DNA of 64,000 nt from assembly GCA_000002435.2 (NCBI GenBank), contig CM018793.1; one strand, given 5' to 3'. The stretch's first letter is position 1, and each line of letters begins with the position of its first letter. Positions 8,932-20,900 of the stretch are shown in pieces. A model generated the notes under the pieces. It was not told where the DNA came from. It saw only the letters and a list, made by a program, of their open reading frames with translations, and made no database searches. Origin of the DNA: Giardia intestinalis. Its lineage: Eukaryota. The position numbers and the translations under genes were made by a program.

Positions 8932-11900
8932 ATGGATGGTGCTGTGGCATTATCCCAGAAATTGGACCGCCTCCGGTGCATCTCTGACAACAGAGAGGTG
9001 AGTGCTGACGATGCAAAAGGGGTCAATCGATTAATGGAGGCGAAGAAAGCGTCCACTTCACAGGAGTCTTCTTTCTGGGGGACCTCTGGTCTCAACCCTT
9101 TAGGGGCTGCATCTAAAGCAGTTACTACGTATGCCCGTGAAGCGGCTATTTCAATGCTGCCGACATGGACCTTACCGACACTCAAGGACTCTCTCAGTGA
9201 TGTAAGTCTTGAGCAACTTGTCCGGCTAATTTCTTTAACGTACAAGAAGGATCCCTCATTGGGAACCATTCAAGCACATAAGTCTATCATTGATGGATTT
9301 GTGCGCGACCAGCAAATGCTTCTACCGCGAGCAGTGCGAAGTTCCTACAATGAGGGACCAGCCAGCAATGACTTCAACTATTCTGTCGCAGCGTTGCCTG
9401 GTGCAGTAACTGCCAGCGACGAGCAACTGCACAATTTGCCATTGCGTGCACGTGTCATTGTCGAGACTTTTCGGGCCGAAAACTGGAAATTCTTTGAGCT
9501 AACACAGCAGGAACAGCTATTTGAGGCATCGGACATTTTTTCTTGCTGGTACCAGCCCCTAAATGCATCTGAGATAGACCCCTCTGTTACAAACCCTCTT
9601 CCGTTCCCGCAAATGGACATCTACCCGCGTCTTTTACTCCTTCTCACCCTTGTTTCTATGAAAATAAAGCTAAGCGAAGGGTTTTTCGCGTTCTTCCTTT
9701 CTCCTCGCGTGGTCGACATGGTGGAGACCCTATTCTGGCTCGTTCACTCTGTTGTCTTTAGTCCCAAGAGTACCAGTATTCCAGCGTCTGAAGTCATGCG
9801 TACTATGCATCCTAATTTGTACAATAGCTCCAGATTTTGCCGAACAACTCACGACAGCAATGAGGACAGCATCTCGGACTCTAAGGTAGAGCAATCTGCC
9901 GATTCAACGCTTGGCGGTCTGCTTCCAAAACGACCAAGTTATGCAGAACCAGTCACATCAAGCAATGCCCCGCCATCGCGAGCAGTCGTGGGGCTCGATG
10001 GCCGTGTTCATTACAAGCCTCTCCGGCTTCCACCTCATCTCCGTCCCATGGAGCTAAACTTAAATAGTCAAGACTACTTAAGGAATCGCTTCGTGGATGC
10101 GTTTGTTGCTATCGAGCGTAACTGGATTGGCTGCCGCTCCTCTGACAAGGAGAAAGCAGTTGAAATGCTGCCCTATGTTATTAGTTCTGCAGTTATTCGC
10201 GGCTTCTTCCGGTGCTTTCCTGTTTACTCTCATATCTTTAGCGTTAAGTTTAGACTCTCTATATATGAAAATGTTATCTACTATCTAACAGGTGTACCAC
10301 CATATATAGATATTTTGCAAGATATACGCAAGAGCTATTTTCCTACAGAGCCTTACACGGTCGAATCTTTTTTACAATATTTTCCAAAGAACACGGCAAC
10401 TCTTATCAACGTGCAAACCATAAATGGATATAGTAGTCCCAAAGATATAATGCTAGGAAGGTATCGCAATTTCTCCTACACCCCTTTTGTAGACAATCTC
10501 CTCCTCGTCTCAAAAACTCATGATAGAACTCTTCGAGCCACATGCACAGTCGGAGAACAAGCTGCGGCAAAGGAATCGGCTCTAAAGCCCATTGAATTCG
10601 ACATTGTTCTCTTTCCAGAGGCTGAAAAGAACACAGATTTTCTTTTTAACATCTCTCAATCCGCAGTTAGGAATCGGAGTGTAAGCCCTGTGCCAAGTAT
10701 GCAACATTATCATGATGCATCTTTGAACCTGTCTGAATATCCCACTGGAAGAACTACCCTATCTACATACCCCTTTCTCATTGAGATTCCAACCACAGCA
10801 GCTTCATGTAAAAGGGAAGAGTGTCAAGCAGAAGTACTTTCTGCAGGATGCAAGAACCGTAGTGATGATTCTATGAGTGCAAGGACCGCATTTAGTACTG
10901 ACACAGTTGAAAACGAGAACATTCTGGTGACAGGAACCAAACAAGCAGCTCAGTTCTCCGGTTACGGACAATCTGGTCTCAGTCACCTCAATGCAGAAGA
11001 AGCACGAGTTAATAAGCATAAGATTGTTAAAAGCACTCTGTCACAGTTGGATCAGGTGGACTCGATTCTTCGTCATGGTCGGCAATCATGTGCATTCAGA
11101 ACCGAAGACAGAGTGCGGGTGAACAGTGAGGCTGTACCAGAAAATGGCCCATCAAAGAAGCAGGAGAATGTTAATTTAGACGCTGCAATTGAGAAGGTAT
11201 CCAGTTATGGAATTTCTTCTTTGGAGAGTATTCCAGAGCTAAAGCGGGCCTCTATTTCAAGTATTATTTTGAGAGGAGATGTAGCAGGAGAAGATCCTGC
11301 AGCAGAACAACAATCTACACAGCCAGGATCCCTTCATACTTTGCTGAAGAACCATGATATCGAAGCTATATCAGTAGTTGGATCACAGCCTCAATGTGAT
11401 TCTACTGTTGACAGAATCTCTTTAGATACGTATCAGAAGACGCATAGCATGTCTGTAGATAATACATTTCTCATACGACTCAATCGAAAGTTGCATATCA
11501 ATTCAAATCCGAAGATTGAAGGGATTTTGGGTACTGAGTTAGTCACTTCAGGCGATGTGGTGCTGGTAGAAAATGATGACGAGTACATGAAGCACGTGAG
11601 CAATGCCATGAACGATGCTATGCATCCAGAGAATTTCAATCACGCCGCTCGTGAACATAAGCCTCTCAACAAAGTAGGGTCCATCGCGTCTCCATCTGCA
11701 TCAAGGGCAGGATCACCGGGATATCGAGCAGAACAGATCATAAAGCTACTTCCGCGCACGACTGATACGTCGCGTAAGGACACAATTGAGAAGCTTCTTG
11801 GAAATCCCCTGGGGATAGCGCATCAGAAGATAGCGACGACTAGGGTGACACCCGTGATGGTCAGATACCTAACAATTACAGGTGCTCCTGCGGCTTCTGA

Positions 11901-12915
11901 TTTCTCGTCCTATATTAGGGACTCTGCATTTCTTGATCCATCACTAGGACAGTCTGATGCACTCAAGCGCATAACAAATCGACGTGCTGGGCGCCCTACA
12001 CAGAGCTCCTGTGCATCTATTGATAAGGAAATAAGCATAGTTAGGCGTACACGAAACGATCCGTGGAATAAGGCAGATGTTATCAGTTATGAAGCCGGGA
12101 TTGAAAAGCGGCAATTTGAGGCACCTGAAGACAGTGAAGCAGCGTTGTCGGCTCAAGATACACGAGTAACTATAGACCAAAAAGGTGTACTATATCCTAC
12201 GCGAGGACGAGTGGAGTCACCTGTTCGCAAAGAATCATTGAGTGGTGTTTGCAACGAACGTCTAAGTCCCAATAGATTCCACTTACAGTATGAAGCGGCA
12301 AAGAAAAAACTTAAGCGGCAGGCAGCAGATGACGCGAAGAAACATAAGGCTGAAATGGTGGAGTTAGAGGTTCAAAAGGAGCTGTTTCTCAACAAGGCCT
12401 TGAAAGGTGGAGGTGCGCGAACAGCTGCACTATCAAGAGCACTTGTGGAGGGCGACGCAAAAGACAAGAAAAAGGATGAAGAGGGCTTTATCTCATATCA
12501 CAGCAAAGACAATGCAATGGTGGCATTTCTTACGTTTCGGTCTGACCTACAGAAAAACCTACACGATCTTGAGGTTGCAGAGCAGCTTAGTCAAAAGGTT
12601 AAGCAGCGTGAGGAAGCCCGCAAGGCGATGGCCAGAAAAATGCAGGCGAATGAAGACAGCCTCAAGTTTTTAGCAAAAAAGGCCGAAGCTCCTCTGCTTC
12701 TTTGGCCAATCAATCCAATGAATAAAAATAAAATTAATGATTCTACGTCAGTGGAGGTAGACATGGATGGACGCGGGGCAGACTTACGTGACTTAGACTT
12801 TCAAAGTTATCAGGACATTGCACGGGGAGAACCTTCTGGTGGCCCCACTCTCGACATTCGGAATCCACCACGGCTACTCACGAAAATAAGTCATTCGCCA
12901 TTGAAATTTACTTGA
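8932..12915 (+). CDS. Large hypothetical protein (1327 aa) with a coiled-coil/charged C-terminal region. No recognisable domain.
   Basis: A long uninterrupted ORF. It is probably lineage-specific. Confidence 0.7.
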   Translation: MDGAVALSQKLDRLRCISDNREVSADDAKGVNRLMEAKKASTSQESSFWGTSGLNPLGAASKAVTTYAREAAISMLPTWTLPTLKDSLSDVSLEQLVRLISLTYKKDPSLGTIQAHKSIIDGFVRDQQMLLPRAVRSSYNEGPASNDFNYSVAALPGAVTASDEQLHNLPLRARVIVETFRAENWKFFELTQQEQLFEASDIFSCWYQPLNASEIDPSVTNPLPFPQMDIYPRLLLLLTLVSMKIKLSEGFFAFFLSPRVVDMVETLFWLVHSVVFSPKSTSIPASEVMRTMHPNLYNSSRFCRTTHDSNEDSISDSKVEQSADSTLGGLLPKRPSYAEPVTSSNAPPSRAVVGLDGRVHYKPLRLPPHLRPMELNLNSQDYLRNRFVDAFVAIERNWIGCRSSDKEKAVEMLPYVISSAVIRGFFRCFPVYSHIFSVKFRLSIYENVIYYLTGVPPYIDILQDIRKSYFPTEPYTVESFLQYFPKNTATLINVQTINGYSSPKDIMLGRYRNFSYTPFVDNLLLVSKTHDRTLRATCTVGEQAAAKESALKPIEFDIVLFPEAEKNTDFLFNISQSAVRNRSVSPVPSMQHYHDASLNLSEYPTGRTTLSTYPFLIEIPTTAASCKREECQAEVLSAGCKNRSDDSMSARTAFSTDTVENENILVTGTKQAAQFSGYGQSGLSHLNAEEARVNKHKIVKSTLSQLDQVDSILRHGRQSCAFRTEDRVRVNSEAVPENGPSKKQENVNLDAAIEKVSSYGISSLESIPELKRASISSIILRGDVAGEDPAAEQQSTQPGSLHTLLKNHDIEAISVVGSQPQCDSTVDRISLDTYQKTHSMSVDNTFLIRLNRKLHINSNPKIEGILGTELVTSGDVVLVENDDEYMKHVSNAMNDAMHPENFNHAAREHKPLNKVGSIASPSASRAGSPGYRAEQIIKLLPRTTDTSRKDTIEKLLGNPLGIAHQKIATTRVTPVMVRYLTITGAPAASDFSSYIRDSAFLDPSLGQSDALKRITNRRAGRPTQSSCASIDKEISIVRRTRNDPWNKADVISYEAGIEKRQFEAPEDSEAALSAQDTRVTIDQKGVLYPTRGRVESPVRKESLSGVCNERLSPNRFHLQYEAAKKKLKRQAADDAKKHKAEMVELEVQKELFLNKALKGGGARTAALSRALVEGDAKDKKKDEEGFISYHSKDNAMVAFLTFRSDLQKNLHDLEVAEQLSQKVKQREEARKAMARKMQANEDSLKFLAKKAEAPLLLWPINPMNKNKINDSTSVEVDMDGRGADLRDLDFQSYQDIARGEPSGGPTLDIRNPPRLLTKISHSPLKFT

Positions 12916-12949
12916 ATATTTGATTTATAGCTACATCATCACTTCCAGA

Positions 12950-15900
12950 TCAAGGAGATATGGCCAAAGAAGCTCTTGATTCTCTCTGTATACGTGAGGA
13001 GCTGAGATCGTTATTACGGGATCTGAGGGTAGATTCGGTCAGTTCAGCGGTGTCTAATTCATTGAAGGTAACGTTAAAGACTTTAGAAGCAAATGACAAC
13101 TCAATCTCTTTGTTTATCAGAGGGCGATTAGACGGAGGACCGCACTTAAGCAGACCCTCTTCGTCTTCTGCATCCTCCTTCTTTCTTTCCGCGATGAATT
13201 CTGCGTCCAGGGGAGCGTTGTACGTTAGTAGCCGATATTGCTCGGCTGTCACAGGAATGTGCGACAGCACATGTCTAGAGTCCACAAAGGGGTAGAGCAT
13301 CATGTAGAAATGAACTATTGTAGGAACGCGGGTATCATAACTGGCAGAATAAACAACCGCGTTGTTGACTGAGACGGAGACGGTAGGCTTGGAATCCCCC
13401 CACAAGTATTCCACTATTATCACTGGGAGTTTGTCAACGATTTGTCTGTTTGTCAATAGCTTTGAAGTAACGTCTGTGTATTTATCATATGCTCCGGTGG
13501 TCTCCAACATAAAAGCTCTCATTAGATTGAGGGCTGAACCGTGCTTCAACGAGCAAAATAATATCATGGCGTTCAGCCAGATTGCAAAGCACGAGATCGC
13601 TGTGTGGAAATCTGGGCGGGCTCCCCTTATCCTTTCAAGAACGTAGCCCCTCCAGCGAAACATGCCGTTATCTAGCCCAAGATTAGTCACAGTCTGTGAG
13701 TCTGACGACCGGTCACAGAATCGGAATATTCCGGTTTCACAGCTGTACTCCCAGGAACAACTAGTTAACTCGTGCATCGGCTTTAGGGCGACGTAATCTA
13801 CTCCAGAGTCATGCAAAGAAGTCTGAGCAGCGCACAAGTGTTGTGAATTACCCAGCAAACTCTCAACAGCTTCCTTTCCGCATGTATTCGTAAGAAGAGT
13901 AAGAAAGTTAAAATACTTTTCTACGGAAGAGTAATCAATAACGATTTTACATACTTCCTTGTTAATAAGAGATTCATGATGACGTACCAAACGAGCACCA
14001 CGCTTAATGTGCAACAGAGCGTATTGATCGATAATCTCAAAGCATAGACCAAGCAAGTGCCATGCGTGCTGTGGGGCCAGAATTTCCATGTATTCAGTTC
14101 CAGTGCTTTTAATGTAGTTTGACGCCTTCTCATAAGCTAAGCAGAACTCATCAATAGATACTATGTCGAGGAAGTACTCATTCCATTGTTGAATCAAGCG
14201 CGTTTCTAATCGAGATATGAACACAGCAAGAATTAAGCGGCTTGCACGCCTAATTTGTTCATTTGCACCAAAGATATGTAAATTATGGCCAAAGTATGCA
14301 AATATCTCATGATCTCTTTGCACGGAAAGATTCTCCAGGCCTCCCATGCCAGACATGGCTATTTCTGTTGCGTTCCGTTCCCGGCCTGACTCTGTCATTC
14401 TCTCTGCAGTGCTAACCATAGTGTCTATCAGAACATCTGCGTCATTCGCCAGGATAAGCGAGTCTAGAATCATCATATCTGCTGCTGCCGCGGTAACTGT
14501 ATCAAATTCCAACTCCTTAACTGTATCGGCAATACAGGCTGCAGAAATGGCTTGAGACGCTGTGTATATGCGGAGTTTCCGTGAAAGATAAACGCCAACG
14601 TTGGTTGCATACCACAATAGCATCTTATAAAGGTCAATTATCGTGTAGTGCTTTGTCAAGCATAGCTGATACTCGAAGTACGTAGGACAGTTCTCCATTA
14701 CTGTTTTTAGTGTTACCCTATGGTCAGGCTTCAAAAGGTAGCTGTTGGGATACTCCTCTGCAGTGGAAATCTTCTTTCCGTAATCAAACTGTGGAATGCT
14801 GTCCATATTATGCAAAACACGCTTGTGAGTGGAACGTTGCCTTTGATCCTTGGCGCTTGAGCTACTATTGCCACTGATTTCAGAGTCGCCACTATCCTCA
14901 TCATCTGACTCCAGAAGCTCCTGTTCCGTGGTTATTATAAAGCTACTAAGCCAGAGCATTTCCTTATAACACTGGAGGGATTTATTATATTCTTCCGTAA
15001 GCTCATTACGCGCTTGCAGAGAGTACTTATCTATTATGTTGTGCGGAGGATAGGGAACGCCCATCAACGCAGGATCAAGATCCGGAGGGAGTATAACCTC
15101 TAATTTTTCAAGAAATTCATCCGTTCGCCCAAAGGCCTCGTCAATCTCCTTAACTGTTATGGTTTGGTTGTGGTGCTCATGGAGGGGTATCGTGTAGCCT
15201 CGTAAGATTTTTCGACGCACCTGTGCTGCTTCGTCGGTCCGCTTTAGCTTGTCGGGAAGGTTGAATCTCACTGCAAACTTTGAATCACCTGCTCTAATAA
15301 GCGCGTCCTCTGGAGCATATGCAGGGCAGAGAAGCTCCCATGTGTTCAATTCAGGGGTTTGGTACCTATCTGGGTCAACAAAGCAATAGCGTAAGGAGCT
15401 GATAGCATACAGCACGCTTGCTTCTTGAATGCGGGCCAAGTCTGTTGGCAAGTCCACGTCAGATTCGGTCTCTGAACCCGAGTAATATTCTGTAGAACTT
15501 TCAGACTCACTACTATCGTGATAGCGCGTCTCAATATCACAGAGAATCTTATCATTTTGTTTTGCTACCTGTATTCTCCGCCTCTCCAACTTACTTGTGA
15601 ACTGGAAACGCTTTTGTCGCTTTTGCTTAACCGCATTCGGGCCTGAACCAACGTTTGCCACACTGGGAATCGAGGAGATACATTGTGAACCGGAAATGCT
15701 GGGTATTTGCTCAAGGCGGCTTATCGCCAAGGTCTTGATGTTTCCCGCTGTCGTTTGGAGGACATCTGCCAGGTTTTCGCGACTCTCTGTATACTTAAGC
15801 CCCGTGGTAGTGGAGGATTCTGTGGGGTTATTTGATGAAAAGCTCAGAAGTTTATCGGCATAGTTTTTGGCACTTAGCCGATCGTTCATCGCAGACGGTG

Positions 15901-17539
15901 CTTCATGGATGGGAGTGGCCTGATCATCTGGCATGGACGCAGTTGCAATTGCAGCTGCTCGGCCAGAGGAAACGACGTGCTTCTCCTGATATTTATCAGA
16001 TGCCTCTACGCCTTCGTCTTTGCTTGTCTCTGAGTCGCTCTCCTGCAGATCATAAGGCACCAAAAGATCATAGTTTCCAAAGAGATCTAGGTACTCTTCA
16101 GAATCAGTATCCTCATCTGCAGTTTTGTCTGTATTAGCCGGAACAGCCCCAGAGCTTGGAGTTAGACTGTGAGTAGCGTGGTCGTTGTCACCAGACGTGT
16201 GGATATCTTTAGTAAGAAACTCTCCATCTTCATAGTAATAATCGTCTTTAAAGTACAGTCTGTCATTTTCAGTTCCTTCGTGATGCTCATCATAGTGTCC
16301 TGTGCTAGTAGTGCTTAGATACTTATGTGCAGAACTGCGTAAAGACTCTTCTGAGTAGTCGGCACGACTGATAATCGATCGGCTGTATCGGGGCTTTTTA
16401 TTTTTTGTTGTGCTTCTCTCGATATTCTTATCTATGGCATAGAAAACTATATCAGTTTCCGTGAACTGACTAATACTGTATAAACAATCTTTCGGCGGAA
16501 TGACCCCCATAAACGAGGCCAGGGCACTCCCCCAATACTTTGACCCGATTGCTGAGGGATACAGACGCTTTGTGTCTCCATCTCGGAGCGTCAGTACCAA
16601 GGGCCCTGTAGCCACGCCGATGCTTATGGGATTGACGACGTTATGAACATCATCCCCTTCGAGGGTCGATATCTCTTCGATTTCTCCCGGAGTACATCGA
16701 AGTATTTCCTCACCATCTTCGTTGAGTATCAGAAGAAGCTCATTGGTGATCACTAGTCTGTATTCTTTCCTGGAAAGTACCCCCGGCATCTCAACAACTG
16801 CTTGGATAAGAAGCCTACTTGATTCCAAGCACGCTATTTGAGACGGAGTCAGCAAAGGATCGCTCTTGAACGCGGGATATAGGTAAGGAGGTATGCCTCC
16901 TGGAGCGCAGTATCCAACGGCAACTATTGGAAGCTGGCCGGTGTACGTTTGCGGATTCGGCCAACCGGGCGGCGCTGCTGGTTTGAGCGCAGTTATCTCT
17001 CGCTGTATACGTTGCCGTCTTTGAGAAAAGCTCTCCTCCTGTGGGTCATTGGCTATGTTTTTGTTCTTCGTCCAGATAACAAGAAAGTTATAAAAGCGAT
17101 CTATTTCCCTGGGGTCGTCGTGCAAAAATATGTCTATCCCAGAACTAGTAATTACTCCAAGACCAGGGAGAAACTTTGGGCCACAGGCGAACGCTAAATC
17201 ACAAATCGCGGACTTTCTGTAGCTCTTCTTCCCAGAAGAGAGCTGTTGATTCGTGACGTCATCATAGTATGCAAAAAGTGTTTCTGTAATGATGACATAA
17301 CGCTCTGTCCCAAGACTCTTACTCTTGTGTCTCTTAAAGAACCAACCTTGAAACAAGATGGGCTCTCCATCACAAAACTCCAGCCCTTTGGGGTTCTGGG
17401 GAAGCTTCTTCCTACTTAAGAACGCTGTGTCAGACCACCATGACATGGCTTTCCGATTACAGGTGGATTGATAATTTTTTAAAATGGGCCAGGTTGTTCC
17501 CAGTAATGTTGAAACATTCGGAACACTTATTGTTGTCAT
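12950..17539 (-). CDS. Large hypothetical protein with an N-terminal PH-like domain. The true start is probably the internal Met at 17446 ('MSWWSD...').
   Basis: The N-terminus 'LEFCDGEPILFQGWFFKRHKSKSLGTERYVIITETLFAYYDD' is PH-domain-like. Central acidic/Ser-rich segments follow. The longest ORF reaches 17539, but that would overlap the divergent small ORF whose ATG at 17484 has a textbook A/T-rich context. Confidence 0.7.
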   Translation of the reverse strand: MTTISVPNVSTLLGTTWPILKNYQSTCNRKAMSWWSDTAFLSRKKLPQNPKGLEFCDGEPILFQGWFFKRHKSKSLGTERYVIITETLFAYYDDVTNQQLSSGKKSYRKSAICDLAFACGPKFLPGLGVITSSGIDIFLHDDPREIDRFYNFLVIWTKNKNIANDPQEESFSQRRQRIQREITALKPAAPPGWPNPQTYTGQLPIVAVGYCAPGGIPPYLYPAFKSDPLLTPSQIACLESSRLLIQAVVEMPGVLSRKEYRLVITNELLLILNEDGEEILRCTPGEIEEISTLEGDDVHNVVNPISIGVATGPLVLTLRDGDTKRLYPSAIGSKYWGSALASFMGVIPPKDCLYSISQFTETDIVFYAIDKNIERSTTKNKKPRYSRSIISRADYSEESLRSSAHKYLSTTSTGHYDEHHEGTENDRLYFKDDYYYEDGEFLTKDIHTSGDNDHATHSLTPSSGAVPANTDKTADEDTDSEEYLDLFGNYDLLVPYDLQESDSETSKDEGVEASDKYQEKHVVSSGRAAAIATASMPDDQATPIHEAPSAMNDRLSAKNYADKLLSFSSNNPTESSTTTGLKYTESRENLADVLQTTAGNIKTLAISRLEQIPSISGSQCISSIPSVANVGSGPNAVKQKRQKRFQFTSKLERRRIQVAKQNDKILCDIETRYHDSSESESSTEYYSGSETESDVDLPTDLARIQEASVLYAISSLRYCFVDPDRYQTPELNTWELLCPAYAPEDALIRAGDSKFAVRFNLPDKLKRTDEAAQVRRKILRGYTIPLHEHHNQTITVKEIDEAFGRTDEFLEKLEVILPPDLDPALMGVPYPPHNIIDKYSLQARNELTEEYNKSLQCYKEMLWLSSFIITTEQELLESDDEDSGDSEISGNSSSSAKDQRQRSTHKRVLHNMDSIPQFDYGKKISTAEEYPNSYLLKPDHRVTLKTVMENCPTYFEYQLCLTKHYTIIDLYKMLLWYATNVGVYLSRKLRIYTASQAISAACIADTVKELEFDTVTAAAADMMILDSLILANDADVLIDTMVSTAERMTESGRERNATEIAMSGMGGLENLSVQRDHEIFAYFGHNLHIFGANEQIRRASRLILAVFISRLETRLIQQWNEYFLDIVSIDEFCLAYEKASNYIKSTGTEYMEILAPQHAWHLLGLCFEIIDQYALLHIKRGARLVRHHESLINKEVCKIVIDYSSVEKYFNFLTLLTNTCGKEAVESLLGNSQHLCAAQTSLHDSGVDYVALKPMHELTSCSWEYSCETGIFRFCDRSSDSQTVTNLGLDNGMFRWRGYVLERIRGARPDFHTAISCFAIWLNAMILFCSLKHGSALNLMRAFMLETTGAYDKYTDVTSKLLTNRQIVDKLPVIIVEYLWGDSKPTVSVSVNNAVVYSASYDTRVPTIVHFYMMLYPFVDSRHVLSHIPVTAEQYRLLTYNAPLDAEFIAERKKEDAEDEEGLLKCGPPSNRPLINKEIELSFASKVFNVTFNELDTAELTESTLRSRNNDLSSSRIQRESRASLAISP

Positions 17540-17948
17540 AGCAATCGTTTTCTACACACTCCTCTTCGCTGGCACACTACAGTTCCTATATCTTAGGAAG
17601 AAGAGTTTCGCAAAGATAATCAAAAGGCGTGCTTTTCGGTATCCAATGGATTACCGCATGAATTGTATCGCAAGGAGAATGCGAGATAGCGTCAACGAGG
17701 GGATACCTGAGCTTATCATGGCACTGGATATAGGGTGTCCCGGGTCGGAGCCATATGCGAGCAGACGCGACAGGTTGCAGAAGAGCTCTCTCCCCCAATC
17801 ACTCGCAGATTTTCTTACATATGGTTTTCTTGCTGATGACCTAACGGAAGATGAATATCACTACATAGAAAAAGTCGTCCAAAGCACGACTGCAATACAA
17901 CACAAAATCCAGGCCCCGGCGCGAAAAGCCGCAAATGACAATAATTAG
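17484..17948 (+). CDS. Small hypothetical protein (154 aa) with one predicted TM helix near the N-terminus.
   Basis: The start context 'tgataattttttaaaATGggcc' is a classic Giardia initiator. A hydrophobic segment 'LIVVIAIVFYTLLFAGTLQFLYL' is present. The ORF fills the gap between two minus-strand genes. Confidence 0.35.
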   Translation: MGQVVPSNVETFGTLIVVIAIVFYTLLFAGTLQFLYLRKKSFAKIIKRRAFRYPMDYRMNCIARRMRDSVNEGIPELIMALDIGCPGSEPYASRRDRLQKSSLPQSLADFLTYGFLADDLTEDEYHYIEKVVQSTTAIQHKIQAPARKAANDNN

Positions 17949-17956
17949 TTTACTTA

Positions 17957-20900
17957 TTAAAGAGCTGATATAGTACGAGTGGAGTCTGAGACACGCAAGT
18001 AAGATCCACTTGCGGCCATAGCGGATTTTGACTGGCATGGAAGGTGTACCTTGCCACATGATGCCAGTCCAAAGTATATGACTAAAGCCCCGACAATCAG
18101 CAAGAGGATGAGGAGAGTGATAGTGGGAGCAACCGAAATGTCCCCTGACCTCCTCAAAGAGTCATTAGAATTATAGGGAACACGGTTCCAGTTGGAGTGT
18201 CGCTCAACGCACTGGTTATCAAGCGAGTAGAATCCTTGTGCACAGACACAGCGGCTGATTCCAGACACAGCGGTGCATGTTCCAATCTTTGGGTCATTGC
18301 ACTTCTGGCTTGGTCCCCGGCAAAACGGAATGGCACAGGTCAAGCCAGCAGTTCCTAGACCACATTTGCATGTGTTCTCTGTCGTATCACATGTGCTAGG
18401 GTCGCTAGAGTCAAAGGTCACACAATCCTTGTCTGCGCCACACTTGATACAGAGGAAGTCTTTAGAAACTGGAACGCCCCTTGAACATGTGACAATTCCT
18501 GGGAAAGAGCTCTTACAGGCACTCAGCCCCAGGCATTCATTGACGGTCCGCTTTGGAACCGGCAAGGTATTGTAGGCATTGTCTAGCTTATTTTTCCATA
18601 GACACTCCGAGCCGTTAGTCCAGCAGCCATAAGTATACGTGCACACAGGTATAGACAAAGTGTAAGTAGAAGTAAACAAAGTTCTAGATGCTGATAAGGT
18701 TGGAAGTTGTGTTAAGACAGGAAGTAAATTAGCTGTTACATTATATCGATTGGGCTTAGCAGTTGTTTGAATGACATTTGTCCATTTGGCATACGGTGTA
18801 TTCGTCTTGAGGTCTGTCTCCGTATGATAAGAGACTCCATTGGTGTAATTAGTGTTTGTGGGGATAACGTCTTCTGTGCTTGTCGAAGGCAGGGGACTGT
18901 CATCTGGTGTCTCCCCATCTGTTTTGTATGCTATACACCCTAGTATGCGCATTTTATTATCCTGCTTAGTTCCTTTCTTAAGATAGTACTGACTAGCGTT
19001 GCCGCAGAATCCACGAGGTACATATGCAGGCGTCGCCTCTGTGGAAAGGCTTATCTTAGTGAGAGCCAGATTGTAAGAAAAGTTAGTGTTGCTGTAAAGG
19101 TAGCCTGCAAATCGCCCACAGTTTTTGTTTTCCTTATTCAATATGAGCTCAGTCTCGGAGTACGACTGTCCAATATAGGTGTCTCCCGTAGAAGCAGTGA
19201 AGCCGCCTACCAGCAGAGGCTTGGCGCTCGAATCGGTCACCTCATCGACCAGCGTAATCTTTGCTCTAGTCCACGATGCCACGACCTCAGCCCCCATGCG
19301 GCACGAACCAGCGAAACCGCCAACATAGGACAACCTCTTTGTCGATGCTGCTTTACGCGTGAGGGAGACTGCTTTAATGATTGCAAAGCTAGTGGTGGCA
19401 GTTGAGTTGCGAATACTTCCAGCAATTCCACCATAGGATATGCCGGAACTCGAAGACACCGTAGTCGAGTTAACATTTGCATACGACTCTTTGAGGCTGG
19501 AATGATTGGTGAGGCTCCCGACTGCTCCTCCAACAAAGGAGTATAGTAGGCTCTGTGCTTCATCACTGCTTACCTTCATGGTGCCAATATTGGCAAGTGA
19601 GCTATCGATGTGGGCGGAGAGGCAAAGCCCGACAATGCCACCTGTATACCCGCCGTTGTTACGTGCGTTGACAATAAAATTCGTTGAGTAGTGATGGCAA
19701 CTGCTTACGCGCCCCAACTTAAGATCGCCAATGAGGCCACCAACTGAAAGGTATAGGTCTAGCAGCGGTTCAGCGCCGCCGGTACTGGGTACTGAGACAG
19801 AATAATTGTCGATCGTCGAGCCGCACCTTATAATGCTCCCGCCACTATCCACATCCGACTCGTAGGTCATGTCATTGACATAGACGGCAAAGCTCACTAC
19901 TCGTCCTGCAAGCCCACCAGACACGATAGCACCCTTTCCTTCAGCAGAAAGCGTGGACACACGTGCATATACGCGATAGAGCTCAAAATATTCTGACAAC
20001 GCCTTACGCTCGACGCTGCCTATGGCGCCTCCAACGACAGTTAGATAAACTGCGGCGGAGTCTATGATAGTCTTGTTCGAATTGGCACTAACACTGTAGG
20101 CTGCTGCAGATACTGCTGTAAATATGCCGCCATTGGTGTAGCCAACAGCGCCACCTACGTGGCACATCTGCACGCTATGGACGGACACATTCATGGAGGT
20201 GGACCCTTCATTAAGGTCACTGTTCTCCATCCACCCGGCTAATCCACCAGCGTAGCAGATCGAGGCATAGTAGCACCCTACCGTCCCTATACTATGCGTC
20301 GCCAGATTCCCAGACACCCTGGTGTCGTCTGCAGTAGACCGAAGCATCCCTACGATTCCCCCGACTATGCAGTTGCTGGCGCTGTCAGCACCGTCAGTGC
20401 CGTAGCAGTTGACGCTATCCCACGAAGTATTGACGTTCTTGAGCTGGGCAGCCACACCCACGAAGCCTCCGACCATAGCACTGGTTGCCGTCCCAATATC
20501 TACCCTGAGACCAAGTCCAAGCGCGGCCGAAGTGCTTACCATGCGGGACCCTTCCGCAGAACCTATGGCACCGCCAACAATAAGCGTCTTTGTGTTATGG
20601 GCCGACACATTCAAGCCAGAAAGGCTATCAACCCTGATCGAGCTAACGCGCTGGGACCCGCCGACTGATCCGAAGATAGACCCAACCGTCAGCGGAGCCG
20701 AGGAGCGGGAGTAGACAGTAAGATTGGCCTTACTGAAGACATTCTCAAATGTGTGTGCCTCCAGGAGAACACTCCCTATGAGTCCACCAACAAACATGGG
20801 CTGTCCATCTGAGTTTGCCTGCAAGGAATTTATGGTTATCTTGGCCGATCCAGAGCTGTCCGAGAGCAACGCGACGTTGTACAAGTACGGATCAACCGCG

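Noticed and set aside
8907..9269. Minus-strand 120-aa ORF overlapping the start of the 1327-aa gene.
   Set aside because: It is antisense to a long ORF that has a good start context. It has no motif and is low-complexity.
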